The position numbers and the translations under genes are program-made. This document shows, piece by piece, positions 54,833 to 64,000 of a stretch of 64,000 nucleotides of DNA (positions are counted from its first letter, which is position 1; each line of letters opens with the position of its first letter). The stretch comes from an uncultured Acidimicrobiaceae bacterium (GTDB lineage: Bacteria > Actinomycetota > Acidimicrobiia > Acidimicrobiales > RAAP-2). The notes under the pieces were generated by a model. It was not told the origin of the DNA. It worked only from the letters and a program-made list of their open reading frames with translations, and ran no database searches. Location of the stretch: contig CAWHGF010000008.1 of assembly GCA_963828825.1 (NCBI GenBank), positions 17,608 through 81,607 of the forward strand, given 5' to 3'.

Positions 54833-55597
54833 ATGGTGCGCGGCCACCGCATGGTCATCGGCATTGCCGTCATCGCGCTGTGTGCCTGGTGCGGTTGGGT
54901 CAGCGGCTACCACCGGACGACGGGCGCCGCGGAGATCACGTGGCTCGTGACCGTAGTCGCGGTCATCCTCGTCGACGTTGCACTCTGGCGCGGGCGGAGG
55001 GGTGGGCGCTGGGGCTGGCGTCTCGAACCAGTCGGTGACCCTTGGCCCCGCCAAAGCCTCGGAGGCCCTGGCCCGGCGCTCCGCGGCGTCGCGCCGTGGC
55101 TGGCGCTCATCGTGATGGTCCTGGGCTGGGAGGTGCTCGGCATCGATACGGGACCGCACCAGTACCACCTCACGATCAGCGCGCTGGCCCAGGCCTACCG
55201 TCCGTTGAACGCCGCCCTCCTCCTCGTCTGGGTGCTCGTCGGGATCGGCTACGAGGCCGCACGCGTCCGAGCGCCGTTCAGCCGCCTCGGGACAGCAGAT
55301 GAAGCGAGAGACCCCAACGCGTCTGAAAACGGGAGGGCGTACGCCGCGGCCATGGGGACAACGGGAATCCACCACGGCGCTCCAGCTCTGCTCCTGCCGT
55401 CAAGTCCACCGGCTGGAGTCGCGTTCTGGGTGGCGGTCCCCCTCGCCGCCGTTCTCATCGACGTCGCCGCTCGCCGCTCGCAAGGCCGGCGCGCGAACGC
55501 AGACGAATTCGTCAGGTTCATCTCCACGTCGCGGCTGGCGAATGTGGCGCTCATCGCTGCGTGGGTGTTCGCCGGCTACCACCTGTTCGCGCGCTGA
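54833..55597 (+). CDS. hypothetical polytopic membrane protein
   Basis: ORF track, 254 aa, with about 6 hydrophobic helices. No family recognised. Confidence 0.5.
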   Translation: MVRGHRMVIGIAVIALCAWCGWVSGYHRTTGAAEITWLVTVVAVILVDVALWRGRRGGRWGWRLEPVGDPWPRQSLGGPGPALRGVAPWLALIVMVLGWEVLGIDTGPHQYHLTISALAQAYRPLNAALLLVWVLVGIGYEAARVRAPFSRLGTADEARDPNASENGRAYAAAMGTTGIHHGAPALLLPSSPPAGVAFWVAVPLAAVLIDVAARRSQGRRANADEFVRFISTSRLANVALIAAWVFAGYHLFAR

Positions 55598-55672
55598 CAA
55601 GCGGGGTTCCCGCGCCACAGCGCTCAGCGGATCATGCCCTCACGCCCTCCGCGGCATGCCGTCCGCGCGTCC

Positions 55673-56140
55673 CTAGGGAGCGGTCACCAGTGCGTCGAGC
55701 CGGGCCAAGGTCAACTCCATGTCTCGACGCGTCTTCTTCGAGTAGATGTCGCCGAGCTTCAGGAGCACTCGCTGGTGGTCGGTGGAGATATCCCAACTTT
55801 CCCGCACCAGAGTGCGATCTCCCCGGGGTTCGAGCTCGTAGCGCCAGATCCGCCCCGCCACGTACGGTTCGAGTTTGCCCTTGGGGCCCGTTTGCCAGGC
55901 GATCCGACGGTTCTCTTCGAACTCGACCACGGTGTTCACCGTCGAATAGCGGATGCCCAACTTCATCCCCATGCCGAACGTCACTCCCAGGGCAAGGCGC
56001 GCCGAGTCCGTTTCGTTCGCTTCTTGAAGCATCCCCGAACCATCGATGAGCGCGTGTTGGGCCGGGTTGACCAGGACGTCGAAGATCACCTCCGGTGAGG
56101 CGCTGATAAGCCGCTCGACCGTGAACACGTCGTCCTTCAA
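55673..56140 (-). CDS. SRPBCC-superfamily (polyketide cyclase/dehydrase-like) protein
   Basis: ORF track, 155 aa. Size and pattern (FTVERLISASPEVIFDVLVNP...RIAWQT...WRYELEP...TLVRESWD) fit the SRPBCC fold. Confidence 0.65.
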   Translation of the reverse strand: MKDDVFTVERLISASPEVIFDVLVNPAQHALIDGSGMLQEANETDSARLALGVTFGMGMKLGIRYSTVNTVVEFEENRRIAWQTGPKGKLEPYVAGRIWRYELEPRGDRTLVRESWDISTDHQRVLLKLGDIYSKKTRRDMELTLARLDALVTAP

Positions 56141-56231
56141 TTTCCCGCTCCCTGCTGCTCAGTGACCGCTGTAAGAGCCAACCCGGCGCATCCCCGCGCT
56201 GCCCCATAATCCTTTTGACTAGGGCCTGAGG

Positions 56232-56426
56232 TCAACGATCCTCGATAGCACCCTTTGTTCCATGGTCGTTGTGCCAAACGTCAATGAGGGTATTGGTGGC
56301 GATCCTCGTGTTGTCGCCCTCCGCGCTCCCAAGCCACCCGCAAGAGCAGAGCCCAACGATGCCGACCCTTCCGACCACGCTCGTGACGTGCGAACTGATC
56401 TGAACGATCTTGTGCTCGCTCCCCAT
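56232..56426 (-). CDS. small hypothetical protein
   Basis: ORF track, 64 aa. GGGAGG lies 4 nt upstream of the ATG. No family recognised. Confidence 0.35.
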   Translation of the reverse strand: MGSEHKIVQISSHVTSVVGRVGIVGLCSCGWLGSAEGDNTRIATNTLIDVWHNDHGTKGAIEDR

Positions 56427-56843
56427 GCGACCTCCCGAGGTTGCTCAGGGCCCCTTCAAGGCGAGCCCGTTTCCTAAACGGCGGTTGCGAAGGTTATCGC
56501 CTCTGGTCCGGCGCGTTCACAGCCACCGTCGACCCGACCCTCACGATCGGGTCGCGCACACTTGGCCGAGAACGCCCCAACGCTTATCGTTTTGCCAGAC
56601 GGAACGGGCAAAAATGGGTGCAGCAGTGGACACCGAGGGCGGCCAGCTATCCCCATCCGACCAGGAGTTGTGGGATGTCGTCGGGAAGCTGGAGCTTCCC
56701 ATGATCTTGATCGACCTGAACGATCTCACGGTGAGTGCCCTCAGCAGGGCTGCTCTAAAGTACTTCGGCTGCTCCACCGGATCCGATTCAGAGCACGCGT
56801 CAGTCACCGGAAGCTTTGGGCGAGTCTCCGTGTTGTAGAGGGC

Positions 56844-57899
56844 GTGGTCCCTCTTTCCGTACTCGATCTCGCCACCGTGGCAACGGGTTCAACGCCGGCC
56901 CAAGCCCTGAGAGAGACGGTAGAAGGCGCTTCGGAGGTGGAGCGACTCGGCTACCACCGGTTGTGGGTGGCCGAGCATCATGGGATGCCCGCCGTGGCCA
57001 GCTCCGCGCCCGCCGTCCTGATCGCTCACCTGGCCGATGCCACCACCACCCTGCGCGTCGGCTCGGGTGGCGTCATGCTGCCCAACCACGCCCCGCTCGT
57101 GGTGGCCGAACAGTTCGCGACCCTCGAGGCCCTGCACCCGGGGAGGATCGACCTCGGACTCGGACGTGCTCCGGGGACCGACCAGGTGACGGTCCGGGCC
57201 CTTCGGCGCACGCCCGATATGCTCGCGGACACGTTTCCTGACGATGTCGTGGAGCTGATCAACTACCTCCTGCCCGGCGAGGGCCCGCCGAGCCATCCAT
57301 CAGCCAATCCCGGCCGCGGCTACCTCCCCGAGGTGTGGCTCCTCGGCTCATCCCTCTTCAGTGCCCAACTGGCCGGTCTCCTCGGGCTGCCGTTCTCGTT
57401 CGCCTACCACTTCGCACCAAAGCTCCTCGATGCCGCCCTCTCCACCTACCGATCGAACTTCCGTCCCTCGGTGCTGCATGCCGAGCCCAGAGTCATGGTG
57501 GCCGTGTCCGTGCTTTGTGCGCCGAGCGAGGCCGAAGCTCTCTGGCTTTCCGGCTCGACCGCACTGAGCATCTTGCAGTTACGATCGGGCCGCTTGGGTC
57601 CGCTGCCCTCCCCCGAGGAGGCGGCGGAGTACCCGTTCAGCGCCGTTGAGAAATCGATCATCGAAGAGGCGATGTCGACGCATCTGATCGGTGAGCCGGA
57701 GACGGTGACCGGGGGCTTGCGGCGGCTGCAGGACCGCACCGACGCCGACGAGATCATGCTCTCGACCCGGTCCCATTCCTCTGAGGCCCGGGTGCGGTCC
57801 CTGTCCCTGATCGCTCAGAACTGGGGAATGGTCACACCGGCGCCGGACGACGACGGCCGTCGGGCGCCGACCGCCGCTCCCCACCCGATCACGCACTGA
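56844..57899 (+). CDS. LLM-class (luciferase-like) flavin-dependent oxidoreductase
   Basis: Frame of ORF 56562..57899, starting at GTG 56844 ([12 protein letters not shown]...). It has [55 protein letters not shown] and LLGSS. Confidence 0.85.
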   Translation: MVPLSVLDLATVATGSTPAQALRETVEGASEVERLGYHRLWVAEHHGMPAVASSAPAVLIAHLADATTTLRVGSGGVMLPNHAPLVVAEQFATLEALHPGRIDLGLGRAPGTDQVTVRALRRTPDMLADTFPDDVVELINYLLPGEGPPSHPSANPGRGYLPEVWLLGSSLFSAQLAGLLGLPFSFAYHFAPKLLDAALSTYRSNFRPSVLHAEPRVMVAVSVLCAPSEAEALWLSGSTALSILQLRSGRLGPLPSPEEAAEYPFSAVEKSIIEEAMSTHLIGEPETVTGGLRRLQDRTDADEIMLSTRSHSSEARVRSLSLIAQNWGMVTPAPDDDGRRAPTAAPHPITH

Positions 57900-58050
57900 A
57901 AGCCCGAGCCACACGCTCGAGCCGCACGATGCCCGAGGCGAAGTCGGGGACGATCGCACCCACCTGTGAAAGGGAGATCCTGACGTGGTGCTCGACTACC
58001 AATCGGTCGACGTTACCGAAGCTGTCAGCGATATCGACGTCGTGTTTGAC

Positions 58051-58692
58051 CTAGGGAATGCGTCCGGCGGCTCCGGTCGCAGGAGGCAGCGTGAACCCGA
58101 GCGCCTCGGCCGCAGCGGAGGGCGATCGGCCGGCCCATCGCTGGGTGTAGTTGTCAATCGTCGACAACGATCTGGTCTCGGCCCGGTCGAGGTACAGACA
58201 ACCGTGGAGATGGTCGACCTCGTGCTGGACGATACGGGCCGCCCACCCCGAGAAGATCTCGTCGATTGGTTGACCATGCTGGTCGAGGGCCTGGACCCGG
58301 ACGGCGCGGTGTCGGGCCACGACCCCGGTGATACGGGGAACGCTCAGGCACCCCTCGTAAAAGCTCACCAGGTCGTCATCATGCACCGGCTGCAATGTCG
58401 GATTGACCAAGACGGTGAAGGCCAGCGAGTTTCGTTCCCGTGCCGCTCGATCTTCTTCGCTCAACTGTCCCCATCGCTCCGGGCCGTCCTGAAGCACGGC
58501 GAGCTGGAGCGCCACTCCGACCTGGGGGGCGGCCAGACCCACCCCCGGTGCCGCGTTCATGGTCGCCCGCATCAGGACGACAAGACGCTGCAGCTCGGGA
58601 GCACCAAGGTCGGCGGGGTCGACCGGCTCGGCACGTTGGCGAAGGACCGGGTCTCCGCACTCGACGATTGGTAGCAGTTCGGGTTCGCTCAT
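58051..58692 (-). CDS. def: peptide deformylase
   Basis: ORF track, 213 aa. All three motifs are present: GVGLAAPQVG, EGCLSVP and QHEVDHLHG. Confidence 0.9.
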   Translation of the reverse strand: MSEPELLPIVECGDPVLRQRAEPVDPADLGAPELQRLVVLMRATMNAAPGVGLAAPQVGVALQLAVLQDGPERWGQLSEEDRAARERNSLAFTVLVNPTLQPVHDDDLVSFYEGCLSVPRITGVVARHRAVRVQALDQHGQPIDEIFSGWAARIVQHEVDHLHGCLYLDRAETRSLSTIDNYTQRWAGRSPSAAAEALGFTLPPATGAAGRIP

Positions 58693-58864
58693 TGGCCCGC
58701 GGCACGCTCGGCGGCGGCAACATCCTGGCGCAGTCCGAGCCGCACCGGGTTGTGGCCACCACCTCGTGAATCCGTTTTGCTGACCAACCTAAGCAGATAG
58801 TCGGATGCTCGGTGAGGGCGGCTGCGGCCACGGGGCGTTCGAAGTCGTGGGAACAGCGGGACGA

Positions 58865-60082
58865 TCACGTTCTTCCCTCACCTGCATCACCGCTGCCGGT
58901 TCCCATTACGCCGTCGGCGACGGCCTGCGCGGGCAACGTCATCAGCGCGTGATCCAGATCGTGCAGGAGATCGTCAATCGTCTCGATTCCCACACTGAGT
59001 CTCACTAGGTCACCGGGCACCTCGTTGCTGGTGCCGGAGGTGCTGACATGGGTCATGCGGGCCGGATGCTCAATGAGGCTCTCCACGGCGCCGAGGCTCT
59101 CGGCCAAGGTGAAGATGCGGGTCCGAGAGCAGAGCTCGACGGCAGCTGGTTCCCCACCGTGCACGGTGAAACTGACCATTCCACCGAAGGCCCGCATCTG
59201 CGACCGGGCGACCTGATGACCCGGGTGATCCGGGAGCGACGGATGATGCACCTGTTTCACTGCCGCATGGCCGCGTAGGTATTCGACGATCGCCAGTGCA
59301 TTGGCGCAGTGCCGCTCCATCCGCACACCCAAGGTCTTGGCCCCACGCTGTACAAGGAAGCAGTCGAAGGGCCCAGGAACGGCGCCCGCCGCATTTTGCA
59401 GGAACCCCAGTCGAGAGGCGATGTCCTCGTCGCAGGTCGCGGCAAAGCCCCCGATGACGTCGGAGTGGCCACTGAGGTACTTGGTCGTCGAGTGCACGAC
59501 GATGTCGGCTCCCAGCCTCAGAGGCTGCTGTATCCACGGTGTAGCGAAGGTGTTGTCCACGACGACGAGGGCTCCCTGACGGTGCGCGGCGGCCGATACG
59601 GCGGCGATGTCGATGACGTGGAGCAACGGATTTGTCGGTGATTCCAGCCAGACCATGCGCGTCGCCGGTCGCCACACCGCATCGAGGTCAGAGAGGTCAA
59701 CGGTGTCGACAGCCAGACCGACCGGGCCGTGGATCGCGGTGGCCAACCGGAACGTTCCTCCGTAGCTGTCGGTCTGCATGACGAGATGGTCGCCCGGGCT
59801 CAAGAGGCGCATCACCGCGTCCTCGGCTGCCAGCCCGCTGGCGAAGGCGAACCCGAAATCCGCCCCTTCGAGCAGCGCGAGGTGCCGCTCGAGGCTGGCG
59901 CGGGAAGGGTTGCCCGACCTGGCGTACTCGAAGCCGCGAGGCTGGCCAACGGCGTCCTGTTGGAAGGTCGAGGAAAGGTACACAGGGGTGTTGATCGCTC
60001 CGGTGACAGCGTCAGGAGATTCGCCGCCGTGCACCGCGTTGGTCTCGAAGCCCAGTCCTTCGACGTCAGGCTGACCCGTCAC
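58865..60082 (-). CDS. cystathionine gamma-synthase/gamma-lyase (Cys/Met-metabolism PLP enzyme)
   Basis: ORF track, 405 aa. It has YARSGNPSRASLE, the PLP-Lys context VHSTTKYLSGHSD and ESLGAVESLIEHPA. The start overlaps the cbs stop. Confidence 0.85.
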   Translation of the reverse strand: MTGQPDVEGLGFETNAVHGGESPDAVTGAINTPVYLSSTFQQDAVGQPRGFEYARSGNPSRASLERHLALLEGADFGFAFASGLAAEDAVMRLLSPGDHLVMQTDSYGGTFRLATAIHGPVGLAVDTVDLSDLDAVWRPATRMVWLESPTNPLLHVIDIAAVSAAAHRQGALVVVDNTFATPWIQQPLRLGADIVVHSTTKYLSGHSDVIGGFAATCDEDIASRLGFLQNAAGAVPGPFDCFLVQRGAKTLGVRMERHCANALAIVEYLRGHAAVKQVHHPSLPDHPGHQVARSQMRAFGGMVSFTVHGGEPAAVELCSRTRIFTLAESLGAVESLIEHPARMTHVSTSGTSNEVPGDLVRLSVGIETIDDLLHDLDHALMTLPAQAVADGVMGTGSGDAGEGRT

Positions 60083-61458
60083 CGTGACCTCACCGCGGCG
60101 TCCGTGGCCAGAATCGCCAGCACGTCGGAGCGGGTGATGACTCCCACCGGGTGGCCCCGATCGAGAACGAGCAGGGCCGGTGCCCCCTCCAGCTTCCCCA
60201 CTGCCACCTGGACTTGCTCGCCCGCCCCAATGGTGGGGAGCGGGCTGCCCATGACGTCACTCACGAGGCGGTCGAGGTTGGACGAGTCGGCGAAGGCCGA
60301 ATCCATCAGCTCGCGCTCGGTCACCCCTCCGACGACCTCGGCCAGGACCACCGGCGGTTCATGTTTGATCACAGGCATCTGGCTCACGCCGTACTCGCGG
60401 AGGATGGCGATGGCTTCTCGCACAGTCTCGTCAGGGTGTGTGTGGACGAGCGTCGGAAGAGACGCATCGCGGCCCGCCAGGATGTCGTCCACCGTCGGCC
60501 CGGCCTCGTGCATGAACCCGTAGTCGGTCATCCACGCGTCGTTGTAGATCTTCGAGAGATAGCCGCGCCCGGAATCAGGGATGTGGACCACCATGACCGC
60601 ATCCGCCGGCAGGTCACGTCCGGCGATCAGCGCGGCAGCGATGGCCGTTCCCCCTGACCCGCCGAGCAGGAGCCCTTCGTCCCGCGTGACCCGGCGGGCG
60701 GTGGCAAAGCTCTCGGCGTCCGAGACGGCGATCACCCGGTCCACCACCGAGGGGTCATATGTCGAGGGCCAGAAGTCCTCGCCGATCCCTTCGACCAGGT
60801 AGGGCCGTCCGGACCCGCCCGAATAGACGGAACCCTCAGGATCGGCGCCGATGATCTGGACCGAGGGATTCTGCTCCCTGAGATAGCGACCAATGCCGGT
60901 GATGGTGCCTCCCGTTCCGATGCCGGCCACGAAGTGCGTGACCCGCCCACGCGTCTGCTCCCAGATCTCCGGTCCTGCCGTCTCGTATTGGGCCCGCGGA
61001 TTTTGAGGGTTGTGATACTGATCGGGTTTCCATGCGTTGGGGACCTCGCGGGCCAGGCGGTCCGAGACCGAATAGTAGGAGTCGGGGTGTTCAGGCGGCA
61101 CCGAGGTCGGGCAGACGATGACCTCTGTGCCATAAGCGCGCAGCATGGCGATCTTGTCGGTAGCCACCTTGTCGGGACAGACGAAGATGCACTTGTACCC
61201 CCGGCGGACGGCGACGATGGCCAGACCGACACCGGTATTGCCACTGGTCGGTTCGACGATCGTGCCTCCGGGGACGAGCTGACCGTCCCGCTCGGCCGCT
61301 TCGATCATGGAGAGAGCAATCCGATCCTTTGACGATCCACCCGGATTGAACATCTCGAGTTTGCCGATGAGGGTGCAGTCCAAACCGATCGCTGTCCGCT
61401 CCAGTCGCACCATTGGGGTATGACCTATCAATTCGATCAGGGACTCAGCCACGTCCAT
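60079..61458 (-). CDS. cbs: cystathionine beta-synthase (PLP domain plus tandem CBS domains)
   Basis: Frame of ORF 60079..61758. The conserved part starts at ATG 61458 (MDVAESLIELIGHTPMVRL). It has NPGGSSKDR, SGNTGVGLA and GIGTGGTITG, followed by two CBS repeats. The ORF stays open for 100 more codons upstream, to 61758. Confidence 0.85.
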   Translation of the reverse strand: MDVAESLIELIGHTPMVRLERTAIGLDCTLIGKLEMFNPGGSSKDRIALSMIEAAERDGQLVPGGTIVEPTSGNTGVGLAIVAVRRGYKCIFVCPDKVATDKIAMLRAYGTEVIVCPTSVPPEHPDSYYSVSDRLAREVPNAWKPDQYHNPQNPRAQYETAGPEIWEQTRGRVTHFVAGIGTGGTITGIGRYLREQNPSVQIIGADPEGSVYSGGSGRPYLVEGIGEDFWPSTYDPSVVDRVIAVSDAESFATARRVTRDEGLLLGGSGGTAIAAALIAGRDLPADAVMVVHIPDSGRGYLSKIYNDAWMTDYGFMHEAGPTVDDILAGRDASLPTLVHTHPDETVREAIAILREYGVSQMPVIKHEPPVVLAEVVGGVTERELMDSAFADSSNLDRLVSDVMGSPLPTIGAGEQVQVAVGKLEGAPALLVLDRGHPVGVITRSDVLAILATDAAVRSR

Positions 61459-62564
61459 TGGGAGTCCCGGATCGGTGACGGGACGGACGTCGACCCCCAT
61501 CAGCGTCGGCGAGACCTCCGGAGGGATCGGCTCGTCGGTGAAGAGCTCAGTCGGTATCCCGGCCCGGCGCAGACCGGCCGCAACGGGAGCCGCATCGACC
61601 AGAGGCCCCCAGACGCTGATGCGACGCGGGATCCTCGCCCGCAACGATCCGACGAGAGTCTCGAGCGATTCGTCCACCCCGAGTCGGTGCAGCTGGCGGG
61701 ATCGGTCCTGCAGTCGGGCCGGGGGTGGTGCAGCGCCCACCACGACAAGGAGATCCATGCCGTCTCTTTATCATCTCCACCTGTCCTGCCGACATGGGGA
61801 TCGGTCGGCCCAGGATTTTGGCTCCTGCCCACGAGTCTCCGACGTGATAACGGGCCGCTCCATGTCGGATACCCGCGAACTCCTCGGGTGTGCGGGCCAG
61901 CCGGACCTTCGTCGGCTCGGACAAGATACCGGAACCCAGGAGCTTCTTGGCCTGGTTGGACCGGGCGAGCCGGCGACGTCGGCCACACCTTGCGGCATGA
62001 CGCACGTAGAGGAACTCCTCACAGCTCCCCGTTTCAGTTAGACGCACTCGACAATCTTGAGTCCATTGCTGGTCAAGTATCAGATGACAACGCCAACCCG
62101 ATTCAGCAGGTATGTGAAATTTCCTGACGAGACCATCCGTTCCGGTCACGGAGTAGACGTTGGCGTTGAGCCCAATCGAAGTGGCCGCCGGGGCTAGTTT
62201 CGCGGTCCAAAGTGCGATGACGCATATCCGGCTCCTGCCCCATCCCCGACGAACGAGTCTTGAGAAGTCTTGGCCGATCCCGCGGGCGGAACTGTCTGAT
62301 CGGGGGGTTCGTTGAGCGGAGCGGTGCGTCCCAACGAGACGGCCGCTCCTCTTTCGGAGAGAACGCCCGGACAACTCGCTAGGTCCTGGTCAGATCAAAG
62401 GTGACCTTTCTGGATGTGAACTGCACGAACTCGTCGAGGAATTCACAATCTGTTCATCATCCTTGGCCCTCCTGGCATTGTGGGCGGCGTCAAATCGCTT
62501 CAGACTGTACTCCGACCCGACGTTGAATTTGCGAAGCCTGTACTAACCCTGAACGGGAGGAGCA

Positions 62565-63990
62565 ATGCAGAAGCGAAGCGCTGCTGAAGTTGTCCAACTC
62601 GCGGCCGATGAGGATATCGAAGTCGTCGATCTCAGGTTCTGCGACCTTCCCGGTTTGATGCAGCACTTCTCCTTTCCGGTGCACGACCTGACCGAGGATG
62701 CGTTCGAAGAAGGTTACGGGTTCGACGGCTCGTCCATCCGTGGATTTCAGGCGATTCAAGAGTCAGACATGATCCTGCTCCCGGATCCCGATACTGCCGT
62801 CATCGACGAATTTCGGCAACACAAAACGCTCAATTTGAACTGTTTCGTCCACGATCCGGTGACTTTAGAGAGTTACACCCGAGACCCCCGCTACGTCGCT
62901 CTGAAGGCTGAGCGATACCTGGAAGCAAGTGGAATTGCTGACACGGCTTATTTCGGACCGGAGGCCGAGTTCTTCATCTTCGACGACGTTCGATTTTCAC
63001 AAGATCAGCACTCTGCGTTCTACCAGGTCGACTCGGTCGAGGGCATCTGGAACTCGAGCGCGTGATGAAAACCCAAACCTTGGTTACAAACCGCGGTATA
63101 AGGAGGGGTATTTCCCGGTTCCTCCCATGGATCACTTCCAGGACCTACGTTCGGAGATGATCCTGGCCATGGAACGACTCGGGATCGAGATTGAGGTCCA
63201 GCACCACGAAGTTGGCACAGCGGGCCAAGCCGAGATCGACATGCGGTTTGACACCATGCTCGCCATGGCCGACAAGTTGATGCTCTATAAGTACGTGGTG
63301 AAGAGCGTGGCGTACAAGGCCGGTTACTCGGCCACCTTCATGCCGAAGCCGCTGTTCCAGGACAATGGTTCTGGAATGCATGTGCACCAGTCCCTTTGGA
63401 GCGGTGGCGAGCCCCTCTTCTATGAGGATGGTACGTATGGGGGCATATCAGACATCGGCCGCTGGTACATAGGAGGCATACTCGCGCACGCTAGAGCCAT
63501 TCTTGCTTTTGCCGCACCAACGACAAATTCCTACCGGCGACTGGTGCCGGGTTACGAGGCACCAGTCAACCTCGTGTATTCGCAACGGAACCGCTCAGCG
63601 GCCTGCCGGATCCCCCTCTACTCCAAGAGCCCGAAGGCAAAGCGTATCGAGTTTCGGTGCCCCGATCCCTCTTGCAATCCGTACCTCGCATTCTCCGCGA
63701 TGCTTATGGCCGGGCTCGACGGGGTGGCGAGGAAGATCGAACCACCAGCCCCTGTCGACGAGGATCTCTTTGACCTCCCAGCTGAGGAATTGGCGAAAGT
63801 CGGGCAAGTTCCTTCTTCGCTCGAAGAGGCGCTGCAGGCACTCGAAGATGATCAGGCTTTCCTCAAGGAGGGAGGTGTTTTCACCGATGATCTCATCGAA
63901 ACGTGGATCGGCTACAAGAGGTTGAACGAGATCGACGCTGTGCGCCTTCGCCCCCATCCATGGGAATTCATGCTCTATTACGACATCTGA
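62565..63990 (+). pseudogene. glnA: glutamine synthetase type I, reading frame broken by a +1 shift at ~63050-63062
   Basis: ORF 62565..63065 carries the N-terminal beta-grasp (IEVVDLRFCDLPG..., [21 protein letters not shown]) and ends ...[15 protein letters not shown] 62929..63990 continues the homology one frame over from [22 protein letters not shown] through [37 protein letters not shown] and RIEFRCPD. Confidence 0.85.
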
Positions 63991-64000
63991 TTCGCCATGT

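Noticed and set aside
57886-58050. Minus-strand peptide-like stretch [51 protein letters not shown] between def and the LLM gene.
   Set aside because: It has no start codon, it overlaps the LLM 3' end, it spans fewer than 60 codons and no family is recognised.

Overview
High-GC, densely coding chromosomal segment of actinobacterial type, with about 60 supportable CDS. GC is about 78% in a sampled line near the left end and falls to about 57-63% in sampled lines from the right third.

- **Left edge (1-3.3 kb):** the 5' part of a MobF/TrwC-type relaxase gene. It is preceded, on the same strand and tightly spaced, by a naturally fused PafB-PafC WYL regulator and an F420-type nitroreductase.
- **3-35 kb:** mostly housekeeping and metabolic genes. 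These are a ctaG-like gene, a short Erm-like rRNA methyltransferase, an acyl-CoA carboxyltransferase, moaC, tldD/pmbA, an MFS transporter, a frame-disrupted dxs, an acyl-CoA catabolic cluster, msrB, an orphan ssb, a GT39 glycosyltransferase, ftsX-ftsE, prfB and secA.
- **35.35-37.1 kb (most unusual object):** one uninterrupted ORF that joins a complete ECF sigma factor to hydrophobic segments and a Gly/Ser/Thr tail. The tail is encoded by 11 near-identical plus 2 decayed 33-bp tandem repeats and a 12-Thr run.
- **37.4-38.4 kb:** glnII (type II glutamine synthetase).
- **38.9-49.1 kb:** a complete secretin-less (Gram-positive style) Tad/Flp pilus locus.
  - Two tandem Flp pilins that end in Cys-x6-Cys.
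  - A stand-alone LuxR-type HTH regulator.
  - tadC-tadB-tadA-tadZ-cpaB, and divergently a tadE-like gene, a tadG-like gene and a prepilin peptidase.
  - All four transcription units carry the same oriented 20-bp motif, CATAGG(C/A)-N6-GACCATT, 84-103 nt upstream of the start codon.
- **49-64 kb:** a DEAD-box helicase fused to a cold-shock domain, a PhyH-type dioxygenase, an amidase, a DSD1-like PLP enzyme, a PRC-barrel protein, an LLM oxidoreductase, def, a cystathionine gamma-/beta-synthase pair and a frame-disrupted, low-GC glnA.

I recognised no rRNA, tRNA, CRISPR array, transposase or integrase. Several conserved genes carry single-base frame problems, so assembly indel error must be excluded before any of them is called a pseudogene.
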